NCBI GenBank assembly: GCA_963762255.1
Contig: CAVXKA010000001.1
Location: 192,001-256,000, forward strand
DNA from: Candidatus Eiseniibacteriota bacterium
GTDB lineage: Bacteria; Eisenbacteria; RBG-16-71-46; JABDJR01
Reading direction: 5' to 3'
DNA length: 64,000 nt
Part shown: piece by piece, positions 1-10,062 of the stretch
How positions within the stretch are numbered: the stretch's first letter is position 1
How the letters are laid out: each line of letters starts with the position of its first letter
Made by a program: the position numbers and the translations under genes
The notes under the pieces: generated by a model
Told to the model about the DNA's origin: nothing
What the model saw: the letters and a program-made list of their open reading frames with translations, nothing else
The model's database searches: none

Positions 1-544
1 AGAGGCTCGACTCGCCGGCAGGCGTGCGATAGAGCGAGCTGTAGACAAAGGTCGCCGCGCCCGTCGAGGGGTTTACCCAGACGCTGACGCCGGGATCGCC
101 GCGGACCTGATCCCCGCCGCCGACCACCGGCAACTGTCCGCCGTAGGCGAAGGTCGCGCCGCCGTCGTGCGAGTACGCGAAGCCGGAGACGCTGACGCCG
201 CTCGGGTTGGAGAAGCCGTTCGCGTCGTTGAACCCGACGACGATCGTGTCCCCCTTCACGGCGATCGTGGTCTCGCTCTGGAAGCGAGGAGCGCCGGGCG
301 TGAGGTTGAGGTCGCCGCCGAAGATCGCGGGAGCGCCCCAGGGTGCGGGCGCATGGGCCATCGCCGTCGCGCGAAGTGCGGCAAGCCGTTCGGGGTGCGC
401 GTCGAGGTCGCGAAACAACTCTCCCATCGCGGAGAGGCGCGGTCCTTGTTCGGGTCGCTTGGCTGGGTCGCTCGCCATCGCTTGAGTACACGCGAGCAGA
501 CAGGCTGCGAGAGACGCGGCGAGAAGAGCTGGGCGGCGAGTCAT
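1..544 (-). CDS. Secreted BNR/Asp-box (sialidase-like beta-propeller) protein, 5' part; runs off the window edge
   Basis: Not in the ORF track. Manual translation from ATG 544 (upstream GAAGGAG) gives a signal peptide MTRRPALLAASLAACLLACTQAMA, then QSETTIAVKGDTIVVGFND and the Asp-box-like AYSHDGGATF. A -10-like TATACT lies upstream at ~609-614. Confidence 0.7.
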   Translation of the reverse strand, partial: MTRRPALLAASLAACLLACTQAMASDPAKRPEQGPRLSAMGELFRDLDAHPERLAALRATAMAHAPAPWGAPAIFGGDLNLTPGAPRFQSETTIAVKGDTIVVGFNDANGFSNPSGVSVSGFAYSHDGGATFAYGGQLPVVGGGDQVRGDPGVSVWVNPSTGAATFVYSSLYRTPAGESSL

Positions 545-633
545 GAGTCCGGGACTCCTTCGCAGGGGAATGAGGCGCATGGTCGCGGGGCGCGTGTTGT
601 TGGGCGGGAGTATAGCCCCGGGAGGGTCACCGT

Positions 634-749
634 GCGCGCCGCTGCGCGTGCGCCCGTCGCCCTCGCCGAAGGGGCCCCCGCTTCGCGGCCCTTCGGACTG
701 CGGCCGACGGGCGACCCGCTTCGCAGCGCGCAGGGGCACCACGCGGCGC
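634..749. repeat. Module B of the structured intergenic element plus a 17-bp direct repeat
   Basis: 651-720 equals the reverse complement of 45792-45861 at 69/70 (manual alignment). It has a CGCCCGTCG/CGACGGGCG stem and GAA/TTC mini-hairpins. GGGGCACCACGCGGCGC at 733-749 recurs at 3394-3410. Confidence 0.9.
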
Positions 750-768
750 TATGTGCGCCCACCAGGGT

Positions 769-3093
769 TCAGCGCTTGGACCACCTGATCCGATCCCAGG
801 TGGTCGGCGAGGTCCTCGCCGGGCATCCGGGGTCCGGGTAGCAGCCAAAGGTCATCGAGTCGGTCAGCGCGGGCGAGTTGCTCGCGACTTGGTAGTTTTC
901 GTTCGCGGGGTCGCAGAACAGCGGGTCCGCGAACAGCAGCACATCGGCCCATCCACTCGGGCACTGCCCGGACCCAATCCCGAGATCTCCTCCACCATTC
1001 CCCCACAGCAGGTTGGGGCCCATCGTCGCTGTCGTGCCCTCCCACCAGCAGCTGATCCCGCACTCTTCGTTGTATGCGATGAGGTTGCCGTAGACTGCAA
1101 GGTCCACTCCGGTTAGGTAGAGGAGAAGTCCTCCGCCGCCGTCGTGCGTGAGGTGCTGACCATCGTTCCAGACCAAGGTGTTGTACCGGATGACCCCCTT
1201 CATCAAGAGCGCGGCGATGGCACCTCCAGACCCGGTATCGCCAAAGAACCCTGTGCCGACGGTTCGATTCCGCACAAAGAGGTTGCCCTCAATCGAGTAC
1301 TGGCCCGCTCCGGAACCTCCAGCTGAGTAGATCCCCCCTCCGTGGTCCCCGGCTACGTTGTCCCAGAACTCATTACCCTCAAGAGCCGCCTGCCCCTGCA
1401 CCATCCACACCCAGGCACCTCCACCGTCGGCCCAGCACTGATTCCCGCGGAACACGTTGCCCCTAATCTCGTAGTTGCCGTTGAAACAAGCGAGTCCGCC
1501 TCCGTTATGACCAGACTCATTGTTCTCGATGATGTTCCCTTCGATCAGTGCTCCGGAGGGTGGATCGACGTAGCGGGCTCCTGCGCAAATGCCACCGCCA
1601 TCCCCACGGGACCCGCAGCTATTGCCCACGATCTTGTTCCCCCGGATCGTCGGCGAGCTTTCTTCGCAGCAGATGCCTCCCCCGTCCTGAGCCTTTCCCC
1701 AGATGGTGGACCCGCGCCCCCCCGTGATCGTGAATCCCTCCAAGACTGCTGCCCGGGTCTCCCCCCGGCGGATCACCACCACCGAGCTGTCCCGCAGGCT
1801 CCCATCCAGGATCGTCGCCTTCGGTCCTTCGGCGCTGCGCAGGACCAGATCCTTCCCCCGGTAATCCAGGTTTTCGTAGTACCTCCCCGGATGCACCAGC
1901 ACCGTGTCCCCCGTGCGCGAACTGTCAATCCCCGCCTGCACCGTCGGGGCGTCCCCGCTGCCATCTACCCGAATCGTCCATGTCTTCGGTGTCCGGCGCA
2001 CGTACCATTTCGTCGCCTTCGAGACCGCCCCTTGGTTGCCCTTCTCGTCCATCGCCCGCACGCAGAACCACAGCGTCGTGTCCCCTGGCAGATCCGTCAG
2101 GGTCAACTCCTCATGCTGTCCGGCCGCCTTCGGGATCAACGTCACCATCACCGGAGTGGCCGCGCTCCAGGTCGCCTCCGTGATCGCCAGCGTTGCGTAG
2201 CGGACGGCATAGCTCGCCGCCCTTCCTTCGTCTCCGTTGTCCCCCGACGCCGTCCAGGTCAGGGTCAACGTATACGGCTCGGTCCCGCCTGCCACCAAGT
2301 CCCGGATCGCCGACGGGGGGACCGTGTCGGCCGGCAGGGTCGCCACTACGTCATTGGACACCGGACTCTCGTGGCCCCCGTCATCTCGCGCCCGCAGCCC
2401 AAAGTGCAGCGTCGCCTCCCCCGTCAGACCCGCCACCCGTATCGTCTCCATCGTCCCGGCTGGGTGCGGTGTCTGTACGACTGCGAACACGATGGACCCT
2501 TCCCATGTCTCCTCCGTCACCGCGTCCGGTCCATACCGGACCTCGTACGCGGTGGCCGTCCCCTCGTAGCCGTCATCTCCCGGCGCGGTGAACTGCAGGG
2601 TGACCGCCTCCATCTCCACGGATGTGACCCGAAGGTCGGTGACCTGCGCCGGAGGAGTCGGGTCGGCGGTTTGCGCCTGCACCATGTTGGAGAGATCCGA
2701 TTCGTTCGCGGCGTCGTCCAGGGTGCGCAGTGCCAGATTGTAGATGCGGTCGCGGGTGAGACCGCTCACGGTGACGGTCTCGGGGACGCCGGCCTGCCGG
2801 GGGATTGGCAGCTCCTCGACCACCGTCGCGCTGTCCCATCCGGCAGGAAGTGCGCTCAGCGAGTAGCGAAGATCGTAGGAGGCGGCTTGCCCCTTGTCGC
2901 CGTCATCGCCGGGGCCGGTCCATGTGACCGTGGCACTGGTCTCGGTCGTGCGGAGGAGCGCGAGGTCGGTCACCGCAGCAGGGGGGGTCACATCAGGGCC
3001 GGGGGACTTGTCGTCACCGCAGCCAGCGACGAATGTGGCGGCGAGGAACCCCGTCAGCAGAACGACAGACATTGCTTGAACGAACCGTCGCAC
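769..3093 (-). CDS. Lipoprotein with three FN3-like repeats and a right-handed parallel beta-helix domain
   Basis: Lipobox FVAGC. Three repeats of the type D-x-x-PP-x-x-(V/I)-x-DL...(W/F)T(A/G)(P/S)GD(D/N)G...Y-x-(L/V)RY. Beta-helix signatures (TVQAGIDSSRTGDTVLVHPGRYYE, GFTITGG, repeated GGGI/N). Likely start is GTG 3093 (alternative ATG 3072), with an extended -10-like TGCTATGGT at ~3124-3132. Confidence 0.85.
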   Translation of the reverse strand: MRRFVQAMSVVLLTGFLAATFVAGCGDDKSPGPDVTPPAAVTDLALLRTTETSATVTWTGPGDDGDKGQAASYDLRYSLSALPAGWDSATVVEELPIPRQAGVPETVTVSGLTRDRIYNLALRTLDDAANESDLSNMVQAQTADPTPPAQVTDLRVTSVEMEAVTLQFTAPGDDGYEGTATAYEVRYGPDAVTEETWEGSIVFAVVQTPHPAGTMETIRVAGLTGEATLHFGLRARDDGGHESPVSNDVVATLPADTVPPSAIRDLVAGGTEPYTLTLTWTASGDNGDEGRAASYAVRYATLAITEATWSAATPVMVTLIPKAAGQHEELTLTDLPGDTTLWFCVRAMDEKGNQGAVSKATKWYVRRTPKTWTIRVDGSGDAPTVQAGIDSSRTGDTVLVHPGRYYENLDYRGKDLVLRSAEGPKATILDGSLRDSSVVVIRRGETRAAVLEGFTITGGRGSTIWGKAQDGGGICCEESSPTIRGNKIVGNSCGSRGDGGGICAGARYVDPPSGALIEGNIIENNESGHNGGGLACFNGNYEIRGNVFRGNQCWADGGGAWVWMVQGQAALEGNEFWDNVAGDHGGGIYSAGGSGAGQYSIEGNLFVRNRTVGTGFFGDTGSGGAIAALLMKGVIRYNTLVWNDGQHLTHDGGGGLLLYLTGVDLAVYGNLIAYNEECGISCWWEGTTATMGPNLLWGNGGGDLGIGSGQCPSGWADVLLFADPLFCDPANENYQVASNSPALTDSMTFGCYPDPGCPARTSPTTWDRIRWSKR

Positions 3094-3164
3094 AGCGACC
3101 CCCGCGTCACTCAGCCCACGAACACCATAGCACCGAAGATGCATGGACGGGAGCGCACGAAGCA

Positions 3165-3410
3165 GCGAGTCCAGCCGGCTGGACTCGCGCACCGTGCTCA
3201 CCCGGGTGAGCATTGGGCGCGCCGGCAGCGGGTCGCGGGTCGGCAAGCGGCGCGTTCGCCGTGCGCGCGCAGCGGACGGGCGCTCTAGCGGGACCCGTTC
3301 GCGAGCACGCACGGCGACGCGAAGCGAAGCCGCGCCGCGACATGCGAAGCGGCGCGCAGGGAAACCCCGAGGCGAGACGCGAGGCGGCGCGCCGGGGCAC
3401 CACGCGGCGC
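3165..3410. repeat. Palindromes and module A of the structured intergenic element
   Basis: Perfect palindromes at 3165-3188 (GCGAGTCCAGCCGGCTGGACTCGC) and 3195-3212 (TGCTCACCCGGGTGAGCA). 3255-3333 equals the reverse complement of 45582-45660 at 73/79. Direct repeat at 3394-3410. Confidence 0.9.
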
Positions 3411-3449
3411 GAACTGCGCCGCGCCGCCTCGGTGTGGTAGCCTGATCCT

Positions 3450-3851
3450 ATGAGCGACGAACGCAGCCCCGCAGAGATCCTCGATGCCCAGCGCGCCAAG
3501 GCGGGCAAGGTCGGGCTTCCCGTCACCCGCCGCCATATCTTCCTCTGCTGCGACCAGACCAAGCCGCAGTGCAGCGAACGCGAGCGCGCCAACGAAGCGT
3601 GGGACTACCTCAAGCGGCGCCTCCTCGAACTTGGGCTCTCCGAGCACGGCGGCGTGAACCGCACCAAGGCCAACTGCCTGCGCATCTGCCAGGGCGGCCC
3701 AATCGCGGTGGTCTACCCCGAAGGCGCCTGGTACGCGGGCTGCGATCCGCCGGTATTGGAACGCATCATCCAGGAGCACCTGATCGGCGGCCGCATCGTG
3801 CGCGAATACCTCATCCTCGAGCATCCTCTCGTCGTGGAGCCCGCCGAGTGA
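3450..3851 (+). CDS. Thioredoxin-like [2Fe-2S] ferredoxin
   Basis: HIFLCC...C...[25 protein letters not shown]...[10 protein letters not shown] pattern of Trx-like 2Fe-2S ferredoxins. Confidence 0.9.
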   Translation: MSDERSPAEILDAQRAKAGKVGLPVTRRHIFLCCDQTKPQCSERERANEAWDYLKRRLLELGLSEHGGVNRTKANCLRICQGGPIAVVYPEGAWYAGCDPPVLERIIQEHLIGGRIVREYLILEHPLVVEPAE

Positions 3852-5875
3852 CCGTCGCCGACGCCGCCCGTCTCAAACCCGGCGTCACCGTCGACGATCT
3901 CCCCGAGCCGGAAGACGCGGCCGTCGGCGCTGCAGCGCTCGTTCGCGGCACCGCTCTCATCTTCTGGGATCCGGAACAGCCGGGCCGCAAGCTCGACGCC
4001 ATCGACACCGACCAGATCACCCCGGCCAAGGACTGCGTCTCGGAGAGCCTCGACGAACTCGACCGGCATTGGAAAGAAGGCGCATTCCGTCATCTCATGC
4101 CCGACTTCCGCGCCCGCGTGCATCGCGGCGAGACGTTTCTCGTGGCCGGCGACCGGTTCGCCATCGGGTCCTCGCGCGAGATGAGCCCGGCGGGATTGAA
4201 GGCCATCGCGGAAGAGGCCGGCCTCGACATGGTCATCGTATGCGGCGGCAACATGGGCGACATCTTCCGGCGCAACGCATTCAACCTGGGCCTTCACGTG
4301 GTGCAGTGTTCGGATGCCGTCGAGGACGCTCGCGATGGCGACCGCATGAGCTTCGACCCCGACACGCGCGCGATCGTCAACGAGACGCAGGGCAAGACCT
4401 ACGCGCCGCTTCCGCTCACGGAGAAGGAAGACGAGATCCGTCGCTCGGGCGGCATCTTCTCGGTGGGTCGCCGCGAGCTTCGCGAGTCCGTGACCCGCGC
4501 GCCCTCGATCGTCTGGCCGGACCCCGCGACCGCGAGCCGCCTCACCACCACCGAGCAGATCGTCTGGGCGCATCGCGTGAACAAGCAGGCGGAGGCGAGG
4601 CCGGGCGCGACTTTGCGCGTCTACGCCGACCTCCTGCCCGCCTCCGACGGGACCGCTCCCTTCGCCATCCACACCTTCAACCGCATCACCGGCGGCAGCG
4701 CGATCTATCCGCGTCAAGCGGCCATCGCCAGCGATCACTTCGTCTTCACCGGCGAGGCGGCCGACGAGAAGCAAACCGAGATCGGTCGCGCGTTCGCCGC
4801 TCGGCACGGCCTTGCCAAGCCGTTCTTCGCGGACCCCGGCGACGGCATCTTCCACTTCTATTTTCCCGAGCAAGGGCTCGTGATCCCGGGCGCGTTCATC
4901 CCCGGCGCGGACTCGCACAGCCGCGCGTACGGCGCGTACGGAGCGATGGGCTTCGGCGTGGGCTCGACCACGCTCGGCTTCGGTTGGTCGACCGGCTACG
5001 TCTACTTCACGCCGGCCAAGGCGCGACGCGTCGTCTTCACCGGGGCCTTGCAGCCGTGGGTGAGCGGCAAGGACATCGTGTTGCGGCTCCTGGCCGGCTG
5101 GGGCGCCGCGCAGGCGCAAGGGATGTCGGTGGAGTTGGTCGACCGCGACCGGCAGCTCCCCATTGCCTTCCGCAACACGATCGCCAACATGATGGCGGAG
5201 GCGGAGGCGCAGAACGGGATCTTCGCTCCCGACGAGATCACGCTTCGCTGGTATCGCGACAAGGGACTCGCCGAGTTGCCCTACCCCGCGATCGCGCCCG
5301 GCGAAGACGCGCACTACGAGATCGACGAGACGCTCGACTTGGCCGACGTCGTCCCCATGATCGCCAAGCCGTTCAGCCCCGCCAACGCGTTCCCGGCGGA
5401 AGAGGTGGCGCGCGAGCGCATCACGTTCGATCGCGCCTATATCGGCTCCTGCACGAACGGGAGCTACGACGATCTGCTCACCGCCGCGCTCGTCATACGC
5501 GCCGCGCGCGAGGCGGGCGCCGGGCGGACCGCGCGCGATCTCCTCATCTTTCCCGGCTCTGGAGGCGTGCGCCGCCGCATCGAGTCCCCCGAACCGCGCC
5601 TGGGCGGCGACCCGATCGCCGATGTCTTGCGCGCCGCGGGAGCGCAAATCCGCGACTCCTGGTGCGGCCCCTGCTTCGGGCAAGGACCGGATGCCCTGGC
5701 CCCCGGACAGCGCGCCATCACGACCTTCAACCGCAACTGGCACAACAGGATGGGCCTTGGAGGCGAGGGCTATCTGGCCAGCCCGGCGGTCGTCGCTGCC
5801 TCGGCGCTCCTGGGGTACATGGCCCCGCCATCGGAGCTGGGCCTGGCCTGGGATCCGGCGCGCTACGAGCCCTGA
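3848..5875 (+). CDS. Aconitase-family dehydratase; fused LeuD-like (N-terminal) and LeuC-like (C-terminal) domains
   Basis: [13 protein letters not shown] and [10 protein letters not shown] (small subunit/swivel); ADSHS, GSCTNG, CGPCFG, NRNW and LASP (large subunit, 4Fe-4S ligands). GTG start overlaps the ferredoxin stop (GTGA). Confidence 0.88.
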   Translation: MTVADAARLKPGVTVDDLPEPEDAAVGAAALVRGTALIFWDPEQPGRKLDAIDTDQITPAKDCVSESLDELDRHWKEGAFRHLMPDFRARVHRGETFLVAGDRFAIGSSREMSPAGLKAIAEEAGLDMVIVCGGNMGDIFRRNAFNLGLHVVQCSDAVEDARDGDRMSFDPDTRAIVNETQGKTYAPLPLTEKEDEIRRSGGIFSVGRRELRESVTRAPSIVWPDPATASRLTTTEQIVWAHRVNKQAEARPGATLRVYADLLPASDGTAPFAIHTFNRITGGSAIYPRQAAIASDHFVFTGEAADEKQTEIGRAFAARHGLAKPFFADPGDGIFHFYFPEQGLVIPGAFIPGADSHSRAYGAYGAMGFGVGSTTLGFGWSTGYVYFTPAKARRVVFTGALQPWVSGKDIVLRLLAGWGAAQAQGMSVELVDRDRQLPIAFRNTIANMMAEAEAQNGIFAPDEITLRWYRDKGLAELPYPAIAPGEDAHYEIDETLDLADVVPMIAKPFSPANAFPAEEVARERITFDRAYIGSCTNGSYDDLLTAALVIRAAREAGAGRTARDLLIFPGSGGVRRRIESPEPRLGGDPIADVLRAAGAQIRDSWCGPCFGQGPDALAPGQRAITTFNRNWHNRMGLGGEGYLASPAVVAASALLGYMAPPSELGLAWDPARYEP

Positions 5876-5994
5876 CGGCCCCACAAGAACCCGCACACTT
5901 CGAAGACAGCGCAACACGCGCTCATGTTGGTCCGTTTATAATCGTGCGCCTCACCCCCCGGTCCTCAAAGTCCACCATCCCACTGAGGACTGAT

Positions 5995-8683
5995 ATGTCC
6001 ATGAGCCACTTCTGCCGCCGATACGCGAGACGAGACGGATCCGGCCCCGCGCCGGTATCGCGACGCATCGCCGGCGTTCTCCCGCTCGCGTTCTTCGCGG
6101 TGACTCTCGCGACGACACGCCCCGCAGCCGCGGCGTTCCACACGTTCGAGCCGACCGGCGACGATGCGCAGTACCCGCCGACCGCGAACGGCCGCCTCAT
6201 CGGCACGCCGACGGTTCGCACCTACTCGCTTTCGCGCGGCGAGAGCATCACGGTCGACGGCAAGCTGGACGACCCTGTCTGGCTCAAGGCGGAAGGGGCG
6301 ACGGGATTCACGGTGTGGGAGCCTGATCGCGGCAAGACGCCCTCCGAGGAGACCGTCTTCAAGGTCGCTCACGACCAGGATGCGATCTACTTCGCGGTCG
6401 CCTGTCCGGAGAAGGACGCGGCGAAGATCAGCAAGAAGCTCTCCCGGCGCGACAAGTTCAGCAACTCGGATCTGGTGAGCGTCTACATCGACCCGTATCA
6501 CGACCGCAGCACCGGCTACAACTTCCGGGTGAACCCGCTGGGCGTGCAGACCGACGCCTATATGTATAACGACGGCGAGCGCGACGACGACTGGGATGCG
6601 GTGTGGGAGGGCGAGGTGACCGAGGACGCGGGCGGCTGGTACGCGGAGATCCGCATCCCGTTCTCGGCCATCCGGTACCGCCCCGGCCTCGATACCTGGG
6701 GGCTGCAGGTCTACCGCTATATGCATGGCCGCGGCGAGGACACGGCGTGGGTGACGTGGAACCGCGAGCAGAGCGGGTTCGTGAGCCGGTTCGGCACCCT
6801 CATGGGCCTGGAGGACGTCCCCCCTCCGCGCCAACTCGAGATCCTCCCCTACGCGGTGGGGCGCGCTTCCGACCCGGTCGCTCCGCGCAGCGAGGACGGC
6901 ATCGACGGACTCGGAAACTTCGGAGCGGACCTCAAGTACGGCGTCACCTCCGACCTCACCCTGAACGGTACCTTGCAGCCCGACTTCGGCCAAGTGGAGG
7001 CCGACCCGGCCGAGCTCAACCTCTCCCCCTTCGAGACCTTCTTCGAGGAGAAGCGCCCGTTCTTTATCGAAGGGAGCCGGTTCTTCCAGCAACCGGTCTT
7101 CACGATGTTCTATTCGCGGCGGATCGGGACCGGCGACGCCAACTCCCGCATCCGTTACGCGACCAAACTCACCGGCAAGACGAAGTCCGACGTTTCGGTG
7201 GCCGCGCTCGCCGCATCCACCGACGTGACCGGAGAGGGCCAGGCCCACAACTTCCTCAAGAGCGGAGATCAGACTGCGCGCTACTTCGTCACGCGCCTCG
7301 GCAAGGAGTTCGCCCAGGGGCGATATCGTTTCAACGTCATGCAAACCGCGGCGCTCAGGAGCGCCGACCGCACGACCTACGGCGACTTCGCCTCGCGCGA
7401 TGCCTATACCACCGGCCTCGATTTCGATCTCAAGTTCAAGGATCGCAAGTACCGCATGGTGGGAAACTTCGCCGGCTCGGTGGTGGATCCCCGGGCTCTC
7501 CCCGACGATCCGCGGAGCGGCTTGTCCAGATACGGCACGGGCGGCCATCTCGAGGCCCAGCGCACGGCAGGAAAGGTGCTCGTATCGGCCTGGGGGCACT
7601 GGGAGACCGACCGGCTCGATCTCAACGATCTCGGGTACCTGCAGGCCCCCGACGAGATCAACCTCGGCGGCTGGATGCAGTACCGGTACAACCCCGAAGG
7701 CAAGAACAAGCATGTCAATCAGGCCCAGCTGACCCTGAACCTGTGGAGGATCATGACTGTACGGTGCCCGCACCGGCTACGACCTCCATACCCGGGAGCC
7801 GATCTGGTCCTACGGGCGGGGGTTCTTCCAGAGTCACGGCGCCACCCTCGAGCCCTGGATCCAATTTCGAGACTACCGGGAGCTATGGGCGGGGCTCGAA
7901 TACGGCTCCGAGAACAATCAGCGTTACGAGACTCGGAGCACGGTGATGCTCCTGCCCGACGCCCACGGAAACGTCGTGGAAGCGCCCATTCCCGGAGGCG
8001 GGCCGCTCATGAAGGATCCCTTCTCGTATGGCGGCTGGGTGGGAGGCAGCAGCGATACCCGCCGGGACTTCGTGGCGCAGGCCACCGGGATCTACTTCGA
8101 GGATACGGCCAAGAACACGGTCAGCGAGCTGGAGACCTCGGTGCGCTGGAACCAGTCGAGCGCGGTGAACCACGAGCTGATCCTCAACTACGAGTACCGG
8201 CGCGACGACACGCAGCACCTGGGGAACTACGAGAACACCAACGGCGGGATCGGGGGCGTGAGCTACGTCTTCGGCGTGTTCCGCCAGCGCACCGTGGATC
8301 TGACCCTGCGCACGAGCCTCCTGTTCGACCGGGATCGGTCGCTCGAGATCTACGCTCAGCCGTTCATCACGGTGGGGAACTACACCCAGGCCAAGGAGCT
8401 GGCCGCGCCGTTCACCTACGACTTCATCCCTTACACCCGCGACGGGTTCAAGGCCTCCGACCACGACTTCAGCTACACGTCGGTCAACGTGAACGCGGTG
8501 TACCGGTGGGAGTACCGGCCGGGGAGCACGTTCTACCTGGTGTGGGCGCACAACCGATCCGACTACTCGGAGCGCGCGGCGGGGCCGCAGCACTTCAACA
8601 ACCGCCTGCGGACGGGGGCGTTCTTCGATACCGAACCGGGAAACACGATCTTGGTCAAGATCAGCTATTGGATTCCGGTCTAG
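5995..8683 (+). CDS. CBM9-like/DUF5916 outer-membrane-type protein with a +1 frameshift near 7750-7757
   Basis: ITVDGKLDDPVW, YNFRVNPLG, PDFGQVEADP and FFEEKRPFFIEG motifs in the 4069 frame from ATG 5995. The C-terminal half (YRWEYRPGSTFYLVW...KISYW) is in the 7943 frame. One extra base joins them. Confidence 0.8.
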
Positions 8684-8803
8684 GCGCGGGCTGCGGGGCG
8701 CCGTGGGCCGTGCAGTCTCGATGACACCGTGTGCTAGACTGCCGCGAGTCCGTTCTCGTGGAACCCCTCGATCCGACACCCTCATCCCGTGAGGAACTCC
8801 ACC

Positions 8804-10000
8804 ATGCCGAAGATCCGCGCGCTTCTCGCCGCCGGCCTTCTCGCGGCCATGGCGGCCTCGGCGGGGCCAGCGGCCGCGCAATCGCTGGCCGCCTACGACC
8901 AGGCCCTCGCCGACGCCAAGGCCCAGAACAAGACCGTCCTCCTCGATTTCTACACCGATTGGTGAAGCTCTTGCAAAGCATTCGCCCGTGCGGCGGACTC
9001 CGATAGCGACCTCCAGCAGAGCCTCGGCAAGTTCGTGTTCCTCACCGTCAACGCCGAGAAGGAAGACGGTCCCGAACTCTCCAAGCGGTTCTCGATCGTC
9101 GGCTACCCCACCTACGTCGTTCTCAACGGCGACGGCGCCACCCTCGACCGATGGATCGGCTACGAAAAGAAGACGTGGCTGGCCTCGGCGCAGGCGGTGC
9201 TGGCCGATCCCGTCACCTTGGACCATCGCAAGCAACGGTTCGCCAAGAGCCCCTCGGCGCCCGATGCCGCCCGCCTCGCCATGGTCTGCGATTCGCGCGG
9301 AGAGTACGGCGAATCGATCGTCCTGTACCGCGAAGCCCAGCGGTTGAACCAGGATCCGGAGAAGGACTACCTCATGAACGTCTTCGTGGCGAGCTTCTAT
9401 GCAGCTCGCAAGAAGAAGGCCGCTCAAGAGGACGTCGCCGCAGCCGCCGATGCGGTCCTCGCCTCGCCCAAGGCGAAGCCGGGGGAACTGGCGGACGTGG
9501 CCTATCTCATGGTCGTGACCGCGCGCGGCATGGAGCAGCCGGAGAAAGCGATCCCCTACCTCAAGGCCGCTGTCGAGCGCACGGAGGGAACGACCGACCC
9601 CGAAGTGCAGCGCTCGCGGGCGGACATCCTCGCCGACTACGCGCTCCTCGTGCTCAAGGACAACGACAAGGCGACCGCGTACAAGAAGGCGACCCTGCCC
9701 GAAGGGTGGATGACCGATCCCGGCAGTTTGAACGGCTACGCGTGGTGGTGCTTCGAGAACGGGATCCATCTCGACGAAGCTCAGGCGCTGGCGGAGAAGG
9801 GAGCCGAGCTGGCCAAGCCGGGGAAGGAACGCGCCATGATCCTCGACACCCTGGCCGAGATCTGCAACGCGCGCGGCAACCCCACCGAGGCGCTGAGCGC
9901 CGCCCAACGCGCGCTCGCCGAAGCCCCGGACGGCAAGCAGTATCAGGAGCAGGTTGAGCGGTTCGGCAAGCTCGCCGGCGAGAAGGGCAAAGGAAAGTAG
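8804..10000 (+). CDS. Secreted thioredoxin-fold plus TPR-like protein; probable selenoprotein (UxxC)
   Basis: ATG 8804 (upstream GAGGA) gives a signal peptide, then KTVLLDFYTDW-TGA(8963-8965)-SSCKAF, in frame with the 9035..10000 ORF (cis-Pro motif IVGYPTYVVL, helical TPR-like C-terminus). Confidence 0.85.
8981..8997 (+). promoter_or_regulatory. Putative bacterial SECIS hairpin
   Basis: TTCGCC-CGTGC-GGCGGA stem-loop whose loop starts 21 nt after the TGA and has GT at loop positions 2-3. Confidence 0.55.
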
Positions 10001-10026
10001 AACCGCCCGAAGCACGATGTCCCGCG

Positions 10027-10057
10027 GAGGCGGCTCTCAGATCCTGGGGGCCGCCTC
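10027..10057. terminator. Hairpin between convergent genes; possible bidirectional terminator
   Basis: GAGGCGGCTCTCAG-ATC-CTGGGGGCCGCCTC followed by TTCATT. Confidence 0.6.
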
Positions 10058-10062
10058 TTCAT

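Noticed and set aside
2020-2995. Three ~330-bp tandem-like repeats as a DGR or repeat array
   Set aside because: They are diverged FN3 coding repeats. No reverse transcriptase or near-identical template/variable pair was seen.
1342-3288. Long antisense/alternate-frame ORFs here and throughout (e.g. 3713-5917, 7883-10015, 30407-32689, 47546-49303)
   Set aside because: Arg/Pro/Ala-rich, motif-free shadows of real genes, expected at high GC.
634-3410. Classical integron attC cassette or IS-bounded composite transposon
   Set aside because: No RYYYAAC/GTTRRRY cores, no integrase or transposase, and no clear target-site duplication. Kept only as an unclassified element.
7745-7760. Programmed frameshift or Sec readthrough at TGA 7754-7756 in the DUF5916 gene
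   Set aside because: The TGA is not in the upstream frame, there is no slippery heptamer or redox motif, and a single extra base explains it.
4069-8724. 1551-aa ORF as one giant protein
   Set aside because: The first ~640 aa are an off-frame shadow of the aconitase gene and the tail is off-frame after the ~7755 frameshift. Only 5995-~7755 is real.
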